A DNA stretch of 64,000 nt from Tricharina praecox (GCF_024521635.1 NW_026250411.1:372001-436000), one strand, 5' to 3'. Shown: positions 13,577-28,471, counted from the stretch's first letter. A program made the numbers and translations. The notes: generated from the letters alone by a model not told the origin.

Positions 13577-14911
13577 TTAGATACCGGCCAACGCACCGGT
13601 GTAGGCGGGCTTCTTGGCGAAGTTGTCGTCCCACAGGAGAGGCGAATCGTAGGTGGGGAAGGTGCTGTCAACCCAAGAGTCCTGTGAGTGAGGTTAGTAT
13701 TTGCTCTCCGATCACGAGATATCGATGGAAAATACCTTGTCGCTGACACCCCAGACGGTGACACCAAGGCACTTGGTGATGCTCGTGCAGGCAGAGACGA
13801 CGGTCTGGAAGTCGGTCTGCTGCTGGGCGAGCTTGGCAGTGGTGACGGACAGGGGGATTCTGATGTCGAGCTCGGTGATCATGACATCGAGACCAGTGTC
13901 GGCCAGACGCTGCAGCTGGGCCTTGACACCTCCGACCTGTCCAAGAATGAGATGGGACTGCGAGCCGATACAGTGAATCGGGACTCCACGGCTCTGCAGG
14001 CGGCCGACGAGGGCAATCAGAGCATCGATCTTGGAGCCGGGTCCGTCAAGGTTGTAGTCGTTGATGCAAAGCTTTGCGGACGGGTCGGCGGCAGCGGCAG
14101 CCTTGAACGCAATGTCGATGAATTGCTCACCGAGAAGCTTGTAAAAGACTGTTTCCGTCCATCAGCATATGAATCCTAAGCACCATGGATAAGGCTAGTT
14201 GACAACATACCCGAGTTCCTGAAGGTTCCGTTCTCCTCGAAGACCTCGTTGACGACGTCCCAGGCATAGATCTTGCCCTTGAAGCGTCCGGCGAGCGTGG
14301 CAATGTGGTTCTGCATCACGCTCGTAAGAGTGGTAGCAGAGGTGATGGCGCTGACCCAGCTGGGCAGCTGGCTGTGCCACACAAGAGTGTGACCACGGAC
14401 GGTCTTTCCGTTTGTCTGCGCAAAGCTGACCAAGGTATCGGCGTTGCCGAAGCTGAAGCTATTCTGCGAGGGCTCGGTGGCATCCCACTTCATGGAGTTC
14501 TCGGGGCTGACCTGGCCGAACTCGGTCTTGATGATGTTCGAGTTCGAGCTGCTGGAGAGAAGTCCGGCATCAGTGGCTGTGCCGAAGTACTTGCCCTTGG
14601 CCTTGGCCTTTCCGTCGAGGGTGCTGGCACTTCCGGTGGGAGTCGTGGTGGCGACAGTGGTCGTTGCGGCAGGAGTGGTCGCCGCGGCACCAGGCTGGCA
14701 CTGAGAGTAATACGAGTTGAGTACGACGCAGGAATTGCCAGAAGCACAAGTCGTGGCACCCGTCCAGCTAATACCACCGCCTAAATACAATGTCAGTTGA
14801 AATAAAAAAACATGGATATTGCGATCAGAAGTCCTTACATTGGCCCCAAACGGACTGCTGGGCAGTCACAAAAGGCGCCGCGAGGAGAGCAAGAGTCAAA
14901 ATGTACTTCAT
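13577..14911 (-). CDS. Secreted endo-1,4-beta-xylanase, GH10, with N-terminal CBM1 (multi-exon)
   Basis: Signal [20 protein letters not shown]1 [35 protein letters not shown] and a Thr/Ala linker. GH10 motifs [25 protein letters not shown] (acid/base) and ITELDI (nucleophile). Stop TAA at 13577-13579. Confidence 0.96.
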
Positions 14912-15022
14912 CTTGAATGATTGACGGTGAGAGATAGTAGTGAAAGGCTGTAAAGAATGTGCTGGATGCTGTCGATGAGACTGATGCCGATGAGAAATGG
15001 TTTTGAGGGCCAGCGGCGTGAG

Positions 15023-15439
15023 TTTATATATCTGGATATCCTGTCGTCCGAAATAACCATAAACACTCTCAGTATACCCATGTTTACCGCACACCCATGT
15101 GCCATCGCCATTCCTCATCATTTCCTACAACATGGTACGGGAAATAGCCACGCGATAGTTTAGCCGGATAGAAGATCTGTGCACTTCACTGAGCATGAAT
15201 CTTGCCTTCCTCGGCCGGCAATGGGTCGATAATGGCGTACATCGAGACGTATCCGTTCAGTCCAGCGGAGAGGCGGAATACGACATTCACACTTCAGCTC
15301 TTCACCCCGCATGTTCGCTTCGTCCTAGCTCAAAGTAGGTAGTAGAGTAAATCCGGGGTGTGCATATCAGGTCCCAAAAGCGTGGAACTGATTGAAATGA
15401 AGTTGATGAATTCAATATGGCAGGCTAAATGCGCCGGAG
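15023..15439 (-). promoter_or_regulatory. Xylanase promoter with TATA box, XlnR-type GGCTAAA sites and CreA-type SYGGRG sites
   Basis: TATATAAA on minus at 15023-15030. GGCTAAA on minus at 15159-15165 and on plus at 15423-15429. SYGGRG matches at about 15265, 15305, 15353 and 15434. These are short motifs and function is inferred from context. Confidence 0.6.
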
Positions 15440-18400
15440 ATTTCGGATTCGTTCCAGGGCGGATATATGAATCCTTCGCTAGGAATCCCGGGGCGTGTCC
15501 GCGGCATATGTAACTGTCAAAAGATGTCAGGAACCAGCGCTTTAACTACATCCTAGCATGTCCGTCGGCTCCATCCACGCAGTTAGTCAAACACTGGTAA
15601 GCAATATAGACGCTCCTAGAGTATATCGGATGGTACTATACCTCCCGCCACTACTCTACTAAACATGACACCAACGGCCTGGATCGGCTCCTACCATAAC
15701 TGCCTACACCTCTCCAACCCTGCCATCCAGCCCGTACCTCGACTCCGTTACATTTGGGCGTGTGTAGCTCCAAGTTGATTATCCTCCCTGGGTTTTTCCG
15801 TTAGGCTGTACGGCAGTCGGGAGCGGACAACCGTAAGGTCAGTCGAGCCTACATATGCCCACTCTTCAGATGCTGAAGCACGCTGTTACTGCAAGTGGAC
15901 TGTGACTCCCCGATGAGGGTAAACTCGAAGCTAAAAATGGTCGAGTGATCGGATGAGGGCAACCTGCATCTTTGGGCCCGAGGCATGTACTATAGATCCC
16001 TTGGTAGATACTAGTCGTATTCGCCAACGATAACTAACTCATCTACTCTAATGTGAGGATCTTCGTAACCGTAGAAGGCGATATTAAAACCAATCGAAGA
16101 AACTTACAAGAATTCTGGGGATCCTCCTCTCATTAGGCAGAATTCGCACGCGCACGCTTTTCCTGGGCTGTATTTAGGGATCACGACGACTGCTAGTACG
16201 AGTGAAAGTTTGCGGGGTTGCTTGGAATATCGTGGATGACTCCGGAGGTAGGTCAAGTAGAATCTGCAAGCTCGTCAGGTTAGTTATGATTCTGTTGATG
16301 AAGCTGAATAGCTCAGCTAGCGATGCTCTCCTGTGTCAGTCAGTGGCTCACTCGGCGGTCTATCCAACTAGCCACCCAGCTCGACTGTCAATATTGAGGT
16401 CTACGAGACTCATGGAGAGAGGGTTCCAAGGAACCCCGAATTCCGCTTGGGAAACCTTCGCCCATGGAGATCGTTTTTCTGGAATAGCCTCACTCTCGCT
16501 CTGGCTTGCCAGCAGTGGTCCGCAGATCTGGTAGATCCTGTTCACCACATTCGCTTTACACCCGGACGATTTAGCCACCAGGGTGAGGTGATTGTAGAGC
16601 AGATATTTGAGGATCGAATTTTCTATCGCGGGTATCGTGAAGTCATTTGCATGGGTTACAGTTCGATTCGAGCAACCGGACGCAGGCCAGCCCTCTTGAA
16701 AGCCAATTACCTACCGAGGCCCAAAGGCGGGAAGCGAATTCCGGCTAATACAGAGCCAGTGGGGTACATACGGCTGGCGCCAGCCACAAGGTTATATTAG
16801 ACAAGGACTCTCCGCTGGACGGGCCGATCAAACGTCCGGGTATGTATGCAGCTTGGCTAGCAATAACGGCCCGAAGAACGCGAACTCCTCCTCCTGCTCG
16901 CCGATGCCCTGCCGACAGCTGTGGTTAGCTTAGGCTAAAAGGCGGCGGGGGGGCTGGGCAGGTCTCATCTTCTCCAAGCACGGCCTCGATGGAGAAAGGG
17001 CTCATGGAATCGTGTTTTATTCTCTCTCTCTACTGGTAACGTGCTTTCCCATCACCGATCAACAACCGATTTCGTACATACAGGTTACATACTACGGCCG
17101 ATGCAAGCCGGCCGGAAGAATGCGCTGCCTATTGGGCCGGCTAGGATACCCACGGGACCAGCCCGAAGACTCCGGTCATTCCGGATGAACGGATGTACAA
17201 GCGATAGAACACGGCGTAAGGGAAGCAGAACGAGTGATAGTCATGCACGACATGAGTCGAATTGTCCATCCGCCACCACATGATAACGGGAAACACTCAC
17301 ACGTCCTACTAATCATGAGGTGTATAGGACCCCCTAACCAGGCACTTACCCATTCAACCTTCCCCGACACTTGTTTCACCGTGGAACGGACAAATAGATC
17401 CAACCCAAAAATTGATTCATAGATGCTCACGCCCTATAGTACTGATGCACATAATTTTATCGTCGATTCGTACCAAGAATACACCGTAATCCACCCAGTC
17501 CCTCTTCTCTGCGGGCTTTCATACGAGGAAGCAGACACACACTCCAGTATGAAATTCATTTTCCCGCCAGAATATCTTCAACTCCACGAAGTCATTTCCC
17601 AATAACTGTTACGGGAATCACTAGATATCATCCAAACAACCGAAAACTCGCATCCGCCCATCCGCCCATCCACCCAGTACTCACACACACATAAACACAC
17701 ACTCCTCCCTCGCATGCGTAAATGACAAGCCGCAGTCGACAGTAGGAAGTACAGTACGCCGTCGAGGCGTTTTCTGATCGATACAGAGGTAAATTATACC
17801 TACCTATGTAGTTACGCACATCCCATCACCGGCAAAATCCCGCGTCCCTTGGTCGTTAGTCACTGATTCCCAAAGCTTACTGCTCTCCTATATGCCGCTT
17901 GCCATGTTCTTAGGAAGGCCATGCTGCCGGGACTCAGGACTGAGATGGTCAAGGTCAAGCTGTACTATGTAATATACCTACTAGGTATACTATGCTCGCC
18001 GGTTATCTCACGAAATGAATACGAGACCGCCATCGTCGTCGTCGTTGTAGGGACTTACCTAGGTAACTTCAAGGAAAGATTCTGAGATATCATGGCCAAT
18101 ATATCATAGCCATGGCCGTCCCACGCACAAGGATTGTAGATTGTAGTTTGTGACAACGTCTGAAAGTTGAAACTACCATATGCGGTACATATGCACATAC
18201 CAAGAAGTACCACGAAGTACCAAGAAGCACCAAGAAGTACGCACGTAACCTGGGTAGGTGCAGCCAACCCCGTGGGTAGTGGGTAAATACACAACACTAC
18301 ACGACGGGTCCTTGTTGTGTCGTATCGTATGTACCATGAAAGAGGACGGGAGGGAAGGGGTTCAGTAATCCTTTTGGCCGGAGTCTAGTGTCTTATCCCG

Positions 18401-19398
18401 GCCAGATCACTGGCACTTGTGACTGACCCTTCGAAATTGAAGGAAGGGTCAAATGGCATACGTCTACCGTACGTCTCCCACCTCCTGCGAAAGTCCTATG
18501 GCACTGCTACATAGGCTCCCCTTTGGCCGGCTTGAAGTAGAGTAGATTCTCTGCACCCAGCCGGTGGCCAAGTTGATAGATAGATAGGTGGATTGGCAAG
18601 AAGATGGACCTGTTTTGGTGCTTACTTCTTCTTCTTCTCCGCGCCGGTGCCCTACTGTATGTACAGAATATGTCTGCCATTGGGAGATAGACTCGCCGGC
18701 GAACCCAGAAAGCAGACCAGACATCTCATCCTCCGGATACAGTTCGCATGGCCGAGTCCTTGACTCCTTCAAAAACAGTGCTCCTTGAAACTTCATCACC
18801 TTACAGCGGACATGAGGAGTGATCCTTCACGTCCCCCGGACGCCGTAATCTGACACTTTATGTACAGATGCGCCTACTACCTAGGTGAAGAGCTTGGGTA
18901 AGGACAGCGAAGGCGATGTCTGCGTTGCGCTTATGGGCGTGCCAAAATATATCCATGCCAAAGATACGGTGCGAGTGATGGTCTGTCTACAGGCCTGGAA
19001 TTTAGACGGGTTGTTCAACATATCTACAACATTTAGGCAGCCGGCCCAGGTAGAGCTATAGAGCGGTACCTATAAGGAAAGCCCCCGGAAATGGGACAAA
19101 GGCCCGGTGCTTGATCATGCCGGGTCTTGAGAGGGGTTGGTTTTTGTTATGACAAGGATTACTAATACGAGTGATGACCCGACTACTACTATGACCACGA
19201 GAACCAGCTCCGAGTAGGTAATTCAACGAGAACAATCAACCCACTACACTGCAAAACATGACGCATCCGACCGCCTGGAACTCCCAACACTCCGAAAAGA
19301 ATCGCAAAAACCAAAAAAAAACACCTTCTCACAAAATACCCGTTTATCCAGCTGCCAGCAACAAGCCAAACCAAAGTTCCAACCACGCTTTCACTGCA

Positions 19399-21242
19399 TC
19401 AGATGTGATGTGCGTGAATTTTCGACACCAGTGCTTCCAGCCCCTCGATGTGCTGCTGCGTTTCGTCGTCTTCAGAGATACAGCCGTCTTGGGTGATTAT
19501 GTGCGGAAGTGATGGAAGATCGCGGCTCACGTAGTTCTGTCTTCCGGTTAGCACCATGATTTCATCCCTCAAGACCTGCATGCGCTGACGTACTCTGTAG
19601 CTGGACCCCTTGGACGACCGCGAAGGCACAGAATTTGTCTGCGACGTGCCGTATGACGAGCGGCCGTACGATACAGGCTGATGGTGGATATTCGCCATTT
19701 TCTCGGCACACACTCTGTTCATGGCATGTACTTCCGGCTTCGACAGATATTTCCGCGTGCTGGTTGAGATCTCGGCCATTCGACTCCACTCGTTGATGCC
19801 AAAGTCGCCCATCCCCACCTCCACATTGAACCGGAAGTAGCTATCCTGCGCTACCCCTTTCCGTTCGAGGTCCCGGATCAACTCCTGGTGGATCTTTTCG
19901 CAGTCCACCATCTTCGACATGTGTTTGTGTTTCGCATCGACCATCTTCCCCAGCGATGTTGAGCGGAGAAACGACGTTGACTGTTCTCTGCGGATCGTCG
20001 ATCGTGCTGCGCCGTTCGTCGTCGTCGACGCCGTCGATGTAGTAGTAGCCACCTTCCCGGACCCAATGCTAACCAACACTCCGACCTCTCTTCCCGGCCA
20101 CTCGTGCACCATCGCCTCCTCGATGATCTGGACAACCGGCGAATACCGCCCCGAGCCGTCGTCAATGAATATGTCGTGGCCGATTTTGATCTGCTTGAAC
20201 GCGGGAAAGTGCGCGGCCGTTGCCCGTCCGGCCTCCCAGATGGTGCATTTCGGGCTGATCGCCGTCGACTGCGCGGATTCGTATGTCCGCAGGAACGCTG
20301 GAGGCGTGTTTTCGTCCGAGCCCTTGAAGGTCGCCATCAACAAACTAGTAGGCAGTCACCACCGTCAGCCGCAGATCATGATGTCTCACCGCGCGCCCGC
20401 GATCGCGCTCAGGAGTGTCGCCAATCTCACGTCTTGCATCTATCCGGCCGCGAATCGAACAGCAGTGCATTCCCGTTGTCGGTCTCCGGCTCTTTATTAC
20501 TGCCGCTCTGAACCGAGCCTTCCGTGCTGGATGCATCCCAAGCGCTTTGGAATATCTGGCTGCCGTGGTGGCTGGAAGCGGGGGTGCCCGGTGCCCGCGG
20601 GCTGGAGTAGCTACTGAACGCATCGTTGCTGGGCGGAAGTGGACATTCGAATTCCTTGACGATGTCTCTGATAGCTTCCTCCAGCCGCGAGGCTTTGAAC
20701 AGTGTCTTCTTCAGCGGCAGGCCTGCGATTGTTTTGTCCGACTGAAACACCTTCTTCGAGACCTTTACGTAGACGTCTTTGCACGTCTCGAGATCCATCC
20801 TCAGCCGGCCGAGAAGAACCGCGATGAGTCTACAGCACACCGGACGTCAGACAACCGCGACACGACACCCCGGAGCGAAACCGAGTGAGAAAAGCGGCAC
20901 TGCATACCCTCCAGTTCCAACGCCGCCGATCAGGTCGAAGTGATCGCACGGTTTCGGTATCTCTTCGGGCCGTGGAGCGCGCCCTTCGAGTTCGACGAAC
21001 AGGTGTAGCATCAATTCCTGTATGGTTGCGAGGTTTTAGACGTCATGATCCCCCAGCAGACCGGAGCTCCTGCACGAGAGACTACTAGGTACGGCACCTA
21101 CCTGTATGAGTAGAAGTGTACTGAATCCTCTGACACCGCCGCCATCGAGGGATAGCAACCGCAGCGGCCGCTGCTCCCGCGATCGCCTCGAGCCGCGCTC
21201 GCTGCGCAGGGAATGTGTCGCGGCTACGTAGTAACCGTCCAT
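19399..21242 (-). CDS. Patatin-like phospholipase domain protein (multi-exon) with non-canonical catalytic motifs
   Basis: LRLLSLDGGGVRG, PKPCDHFDLIGGVGTGG, LIAVLLGRL, CTIWEAGRAT, FIDDGSG, LVSIGSG, YFRFNV. Several GT-AG introns join the ORF pieces. Confidence 0.9.
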
Positions 21243-24200
21243 TATGTGTTGCGGCCGTGGAGACTCGAAAGGGTATGCTGGGTTGAACGGATCGAAGAAC
21301 CTGTCGTCGCAAGAAACGCAGGCTGTCTGGGATATAGTGGCCAGAGGTGGGTAAGTATGTCGGCACAGCTTCAGTCGGAAGCTTCAGTTCGGGGTGGGTG
21401 GGTGGGTGGGTGTCTGTGTGTCTGTGTCTGGGTGTGAGAGAGTGGTGAGTGATAAATTTCGTCCGCGAAGCCGTTTCTCTGGCATGTGTCTGCCCACGCA
21501 CACTTATATGTACGTGCATACCCAGAGTGGGAGGCACCTGGGTATCCCCCTCCCCAGGGGTGGTGTGCGATCTTCCACCTATTACCCCACATGCGCGTCC
21601 CGACTCCCGATAGCTCGGAACCAAGAGCGTAGGGCGAGAGGAAGGAGAGGGGAGAGGGTGGGGAGAGGGAGATAGGGAGAGAGTGGTGAGCTTTCGCCTG
21701 ACGGTCTCGCCTAAACGAACGCACCAACACCATTGATGCAATGTCTCGTGGAGCAAAAAAAAACAAATTCTTATGTACAGACCGATTTCCACATGAGGAC
21801 CATCATCGCAGAACCAGCAAAAAGAAACTGGTATTTATGGAGCGGGTACGGAGCGGCGCAATTCTGTTCTGGTTCCTGCGTGGAACGCTCATCAAACGGA
21901 TGCGGTGGAACGGTATCCTCCGTGACGAATCGTAGGTCGGGATTCTAGAAAGGAGGCTTCGCACTATGATAGGTGTGATACTAGTGGAGTATGCGGTATC
22001 TTAGCCCTCCTGGCAAATCAGCGTTAACGGCCGCAACCGCGAGGAAAATTCAGCTGATGATATGAACTTAGGCACCATGCCCATGCCGGAGATCGGCTAA
22101 AAGGGTGGGATCCTTCCATCGCTCCGCAATGCATGAATGATGGTTGGGCAATGGGCGAGTCTCGCCGTCTCTCGTTTTGGGATTGCAATTCAAAAGGAAG
22201 TTGTTGAATGATCCCAGTGGCGACGGAGTTATTGGAGGACGAAAAAAGGATCTGCAACATTGCCACCGGATGCCTGAGAAGGCCGGCGGTTGCGGCGCGG
22301 AGTGACAGCCCGTGACTGGCCGTTCGAGTTAGCAGCCGTTACACCGGTGAGGGAGGGGCCGCACCACATGTCAGCTGGGAACCGCCGACATCTGCGGAAT
22401 TGCGGAATTGCCGAGCTGATAGGATGGCTCGTGCGGCTGTGATGTGTGTTCCCATAAAGTCATCGAACCACGATGACTACTACGTACAGAAGAGCAAAGC
22501 CCCTGAATTTGAAAGAAAGAGAAAAAAAAACCACTCAGGGGAGATTCGGGGAGTCAAGGGATGGTTGCCTTTAGTTAGTTGACGCTTCCGAACCGTGGCA
22601 CCAAAATCGGCGCCATTCCGATGTGCGCGAACGACCAAGAGCCAAGTTCTCCAGGAGATCGTTCCGACCGCTGTTTCTCAGGGACTAACTTACAGAGCCA
22701 TGGTTGGCCAGAGCCGCGTCACTCCGCTAGAGTACTTAGTGCGGCCTTAGTTCTTCTGAGCGCACAGAACAAAATGTGGAGAACATCATCTCGTTAAAGA
22801 GTGGTTAGGCCCTGCGTGATGATGGGGTGAATTGAGGATGACGCCACCGATAACTACTTTAATGGCTGAGACCTGTCGCGAGAAACACATGTTTCAAATT
22901 CCACACCGGATGACGTACTAAGTTACATGTGAACATGTATGTACTTGTATGCATGAACTTGACCGAACGGCGTCGCCGTCAATCGGGAGCGAAAACCGAC
23001 GACGGGGGGCCGTTCTTCAAGGGCTTCCTCCGTGACGAATGTGCCTCGCATCGATGCCCCTATGCATCACTAGTACATACATTAGATGCACTTGCAACTA
23101 TGCAAAGGTATCTAGAGTAGGTATCCACGATTTAGGCTAGCATTGGTGCATGATTCCAACGGGTCGGGGATGCCCGCGGCCTTGCGGAGATAGCCACGCC
23201 CCCACCAGGTATCACCCTGGCGCCGCCGTTCGGTGTCAGTACGTTAGGTACGGATCTACTACAAACATGAAAGCAAACCGAGCATGAAGGTATCTAGGTA
23301 CATATGCCAGGCGAAATCCTCTCCCCAATCCTCTACATAATCCGCTCAGCCCCGGTGAAAGGAGATGGGCATGATCTCGGCTACTTTTGAGACACCTGTA
23401 AGTTGTAACTAGGCTTTAGCCAAAGCATCACCACAGAGCCTGTCGCCTAAGCCTATGATGCTCTAGGTTATGGAATGCCGTTTAGGCATAAACGGCGGTG
23501 CCTGGTATTTGTCCTCCAACTTGCGTCCCCGCCGGTGTGGGGCCGAAATTGGGGGGGTAGTTAAAGGTAAACCAGATCGGGCTGGAAGTCGAGTCTGCCA
23601 TGGAGGATATATACCCAAGGTACCTACCCTATCTACCTACAGTAGTCCTCTAGTTTACATAGACTTCTACGACTACCGGTACTGCTCGCCTATCGAAATC
23701 AACCTGTCGTCCATTGCAAGGTGCATTGATCACAATCATTGGAGGGAGAGTTGGGGACCGCCGACTCGTTACGAGAGGTAACTCTGACAGCTCCGGGCTG
23801 CATCGTTGCTCTGCTCGACTTCCAATATCCGAATATTGCTTCCCATCAGTCGTGCAGAGTTCACAGACGTCGGTGTCAAGCGTCGCTGCGTCTGAGCATT
23901 ATGGGCTGCGGTTGTGGGCACTGTCTCATTGAGGAGCGAGATCTGGATTTCGAAGGCTATGTATTGTACTACGAATCATAGCCGATGTCCGTCCCCGACC
24001 GTGGCAAAAGGTTTTGACATCAGGTGGCCCAAGCACCATGATCGAACCGAGCAATCAAGGTGTGCGAGACGTCGCGCATAAGTGCGCCGTTAACCTCCAA
24101 GCTGGGATCACATCCAACATTCCAAGCGGCTAGTTAAATAGCATTCCACCCTCGGAGTCACATTCCTGACGCGATAAGCCTTATTTTACCGCGTTTGCCG

Positions 24201-27200
24201 ACACGGACTCAGTGGCCATGCCTGGACAGGCCAAGTACCGGCGGCCACCCGGTAGTTGATAGTACCTATGGGTGGGCGGCGGACACTACTATGGTAGACG
24301 TATGTACCGATCGCCCATCTCATCGAGCCCCCGACCGAAGCCCTAGGAGGACTGGCTGTTACATAAGACCAAGCTTCCCATATTGCGCAGTGTCAAAAAC
24401 CACAGAGGAGACTAATCGGCTGACTTTCCGACCACTATGTATCACCCGGCACACGGCACACTGAAACCCCAATTTTTTATCACCACGAGTAACCAAGAAA
24501 CGAAGAACGCCGGCAACGAGGCTTTAAATTTCAGTGATCAATCAAGGCTATGAGACGTTACTCGAAGTCGAAGTCGATGCTTTGGCGAGGTTCTTCTATT
24601 CGCATACCGTGTTGTAACATCGAGGCGGTCGCTACTTAGGCGTCCGTTCCTCAGTCGTTCATTGCGTAGTCGGTTACTCGGGCAAGACGGCGAGAAGCAT
24701 TGGCCTCCTACCACCCCTCTTCTTTGTCGTTTCTCGAGACCTTTAGACTCACTCAATACAATATTCATTCATTCATACTTTCCAACATACCGAATCTGTG
24801 GAAAACCGCGTGATCGAACATGATTCTCCACTTTGTGGTCATCTCGGTACATACTACATACGATCCCCCGAATGAAGGCATGTCTGCATACGCTCGCTTT
24901 CATCACAACCAAAGTAGTGAATACTGAGGTGTGATGGAAGGATGAATCTTTGATATACGTCCATTGATCTTCATGAGTTCGGTTGATGTCCGCCGGATAG
25001 TCGAGTTGCTGGTTTGTTGATCCGTCGTGATGTCGCCGGGTACGTGATCCCATTTTTTGTCTTCCGTGCAGCCTGCATTCATCCGCACTCCATCCCCACA
25101 AAAATTCCCAGATTACTGCTGCTGATTCATTAGTATCCGCCGCATTTGTTGTCCAGTTGGTCCCCAGGTTCCCACTGCAAACGTCCCCATTTTTGCATGC
25201 CCACATTATCACAGTCAAAGTATTGAGAACTAAGATGTGACGTGTGGAAGATTTTTGGTGTACTTCTTTTCGCTCCGCACCGGTAGTGGAGTCGTCCTGG
25301 TGCTGGTCGGATGGTTTCTTTCTTTGTAGGAAGGATATTCCCTAGTAGTGGTGTTGGTGTTGGTGATGGTAGTGAGAAAGAGGAGGTGGAAGAGGAAGAG
25401 AAAGAAGGAAGGGAAGTAGAAGAAAGAAGATTACCTACTAAGAGTGGTGTTGTTGCTGGTGATGGTAGTGGGGAAGAGGAAGAGGAGGGGAAGAGGGAGA
25501 GGAAGAGGCAGAGAAGGAAGGAAGGTAAGTGGAATTTGGGCGGGAGAAGAAGGAGCCCTAACTAGGGCTATCCTTCAAAGTGTCAAGAGACACCGCCACT
25601 AGCTAGCAGAACATCCGGCGGCGATACCTATACAACCCCCGCGCCCCCCCTCTCCTCCCATCTTCTCTCTTCAAGCACGGGCATGAGCAAAGCACAACAG
25701 CAGTGGCAAGAGTAAAGAGCAAGCACATAGCAGTGGCAAGAGCACAGCGGACTGACATAACGCCCCTTACGTGGTCGAGGTTTTTTTCCTGCCGGTTTCC
25801 TCATAAAAAACATCATCTCCCTGGCTGCAATGCGAGGCGATGAGGTTTTTTTTCTCGATCTTCTCGGTTCGGGGGGCTGGAGAGCCTTTCACGCATACCT
25901 ATATCACGACTCGCCGCATATCGGCACGGTGATTGCTCGGTATCCGAGGTTTTTGTTGGCAGGATAGTAACCTGCTTTCCAACGAATTATCAGCGAGGTG
26001 GGTATAATGTTGAATTCAATCGCCACTTCCCGCTACCGCTTGCTCCACCCTAGTCCCGAGTCTCGAGATCTCAAGCATAAGCCCAGTCCAGTAGAATGTT
26101 GCACAGTTGCACTGCGGCTTGTAGCAGTCTACGTCTCATCCAAATGATGATTCGCAACTTGCTGGTTGGGATGTTTCATTGTAACCCTCTCCGTCACCCT
26201 GGCCGAGCCATCGGGAACTGCATAGGCCGACATGGCACGTTCAGCTTCCTGGGACCGACAGGCAGGGAAGGTTGACGAAAGGATAGAAGGGTTCATAGCA
26301 ATCACTCGGATCAGATGAGATAAGGGACCAGAAAGGCTAGATACGCAGGACGGCCGTCAACGGCCGTCCGCCAAGCCTTGAGTAAGAGAGAGAGAGAAAG
26401 AACATCAATATATTTCGCATCCAGTCTTACTAGACTATGGCGAACTGCAAGCCTTGGGTAAAAATTTGATTTCGGGCGTGGAACTTGAGTGGGCGAGTGA
26501 GATATGGTGCCTAGAGCGCTGTGATAGTAGCCGGGCGCCGCACCTTAGGCGTCCGAGTCAGAATACTGCTACTTTTCACAGCTTATGGAGTGGTGAGGGA
26601 TGAACAGACGCGGTGGTGCGTAGGAATCTGTGCTCAGAAACCATCAATCAGCCGAATTATATGCACGTGACTTGGACGGTCGTCCTCCACCGTCGGGCGG
26701 GACCGACCCGTCCGTCTCAGGCTCAGACCTGACGGACAAATTTTGCAACCGTCCGGCATTTTGCCCGTCCGTCCCGTCCGGACCAGACGATGGAGAACAC
26801 TGATCATACGACATCCGTGAGTGGTAGCCTCCCCGGAATGGTCTCGATAGGTTCAACGGTCAAGCCATCGAATCCGCAGTGCTGGGTTGTCGTGCGTGCT
26901 TTCACTAGTATAGACCACTATCCGCATTGAAGAGCGAAGAGTGATGATGGGTGAGTAAGTTCGAGTTGTCCCCGGAGGTCTAGTCGGCCGTTTACGGTAT
27001 CGTGTAGCGTATTGCGAGTATGTAGGTCGTGGCAAAACTACGCTTGGAGAAGGATACTGGTAATTATGACAGAACTTTTGAGGGGCTTTGGAAGATGTGA
27101 ACGGCGGCCGTTGGCGTCAGAAGACGGAGGGCACGATAGATAACGTCGCTGAAGTTGGAGGGACAGAGTGGGGTTGTAGTATTAATGCTGTTCTGACGTG

Positions 27201-28471
27201 GTTGTCTTCTCTGTGTCGATATGGATACATCGTTCCGAATCACTATGTAACGGACCAGGCGCAACGTGTGCAGGGAGAAGTAAATTGTGACGGTCTCAGC
27301 AGCTGCGAGAATGCAGGGTTGTTGATCACCGTCCAGACTACCTGCGGTCCGAGCCGAGCCTACTGAAGCAGGGACAAGAACCCATAGAGCCTATGCCCAT
27401 TAGAGTATGTAGTACTAGCACTAATACTCGGTGTCGAATGCAAAAGATGTCGCGACGCGGCGACACCGTTAGGTCGCTAAGCGTAAAGCCATGCACAGAT
27501 TATCACTGGCTGCTCCATGCGAACAAGGCGGGGAACCCCCGCAACCGTGTATACAGGAGGCGGGGAGGTGTATGGAGCGATCTTGTATGGGCCGTACAGC
27601 TCGGATGTCTAGGCTCTTAAGTATCTATAGTAGCTGTATCACGGCGGCGTTCGTAAAGCACCGTGTGGGTTTACACGCATGTACCGGTATATTATGTATC
27701 ACCCATAGCAGGCGTTATCGTTGAATCGTACTAACTACTCACTATGCGGATCATAGATTCTCACTGTCGATGCTGCGGTCTCGTCTGCAAGGCTTTGATC
27801 CTTGCGCTTCGGTATCCTCCAGATCCACATTCGTCGCAATATACTCTGGCCATCTGCCGTTCCTGCTCGGGCTCGCCGGGCTCGTATGTAGTTAGGACAA
27901 TACTGCATTTCATCTTCTCCACGGATCTGTAACAGCTGTGCCTCGGTTCTCGAGAGGCTGCTACTCAGGACGCGGGGGATGTTGATGAGTAGAGTACATA
28001 CTAGCGCTCCTGGAGTCTTCCGAGTGGTAGGAAAGACTCCCTTTAGAGTAGCTAGAGTAGAGTATCCCTCCAGCCTCCTCCCCGGAGCCGAAGTCCGGAC
28101 CACTCGCGACCCCTCTCGGCCGCTGGCCCGGCCAATCATCGCCAAGTTCGAGCTCGCACCGACTCGCCTTGTTTAAACGGTTCTCCCGCGATCGCCTACA
28201 TGGGCCAATCTAGGTATTCTATGTAAATACTCCACCGGCCGGCATGCTGGCCTGACCGTCTCGGGATAAATCAGCAGTGCGAAGCGTTGAGTCGGGGCGT
28301 TGGGCGACGTGTGTCCAGATGGCCGCTTAAGGCAAGCGCGCGACTCGCTTCACCGGCACAACACAAGACCGCATTCGTCCGGCTTAACGAGCTCTGTGGA
28401 GGTATGAAAGGTGGAGAAAAATTGCGTCTTTTCCTACGGTGTAATTCGTCCCTCCCGCCGTCAACGATTCG

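Noticed and set aside
15850..16640. Possible degenerate coding sequence on the minus strand
   Set aside because: Multiple stop codons and no recognisable family motif.
24480..25230. Possible transposase relic (KWGRLQ-like peptide on the minus strand; ORF 24769-25218)
   Set aside because: The frames are interrupted and there is only one short suggestive motif. It cannot be supported without a profile search.
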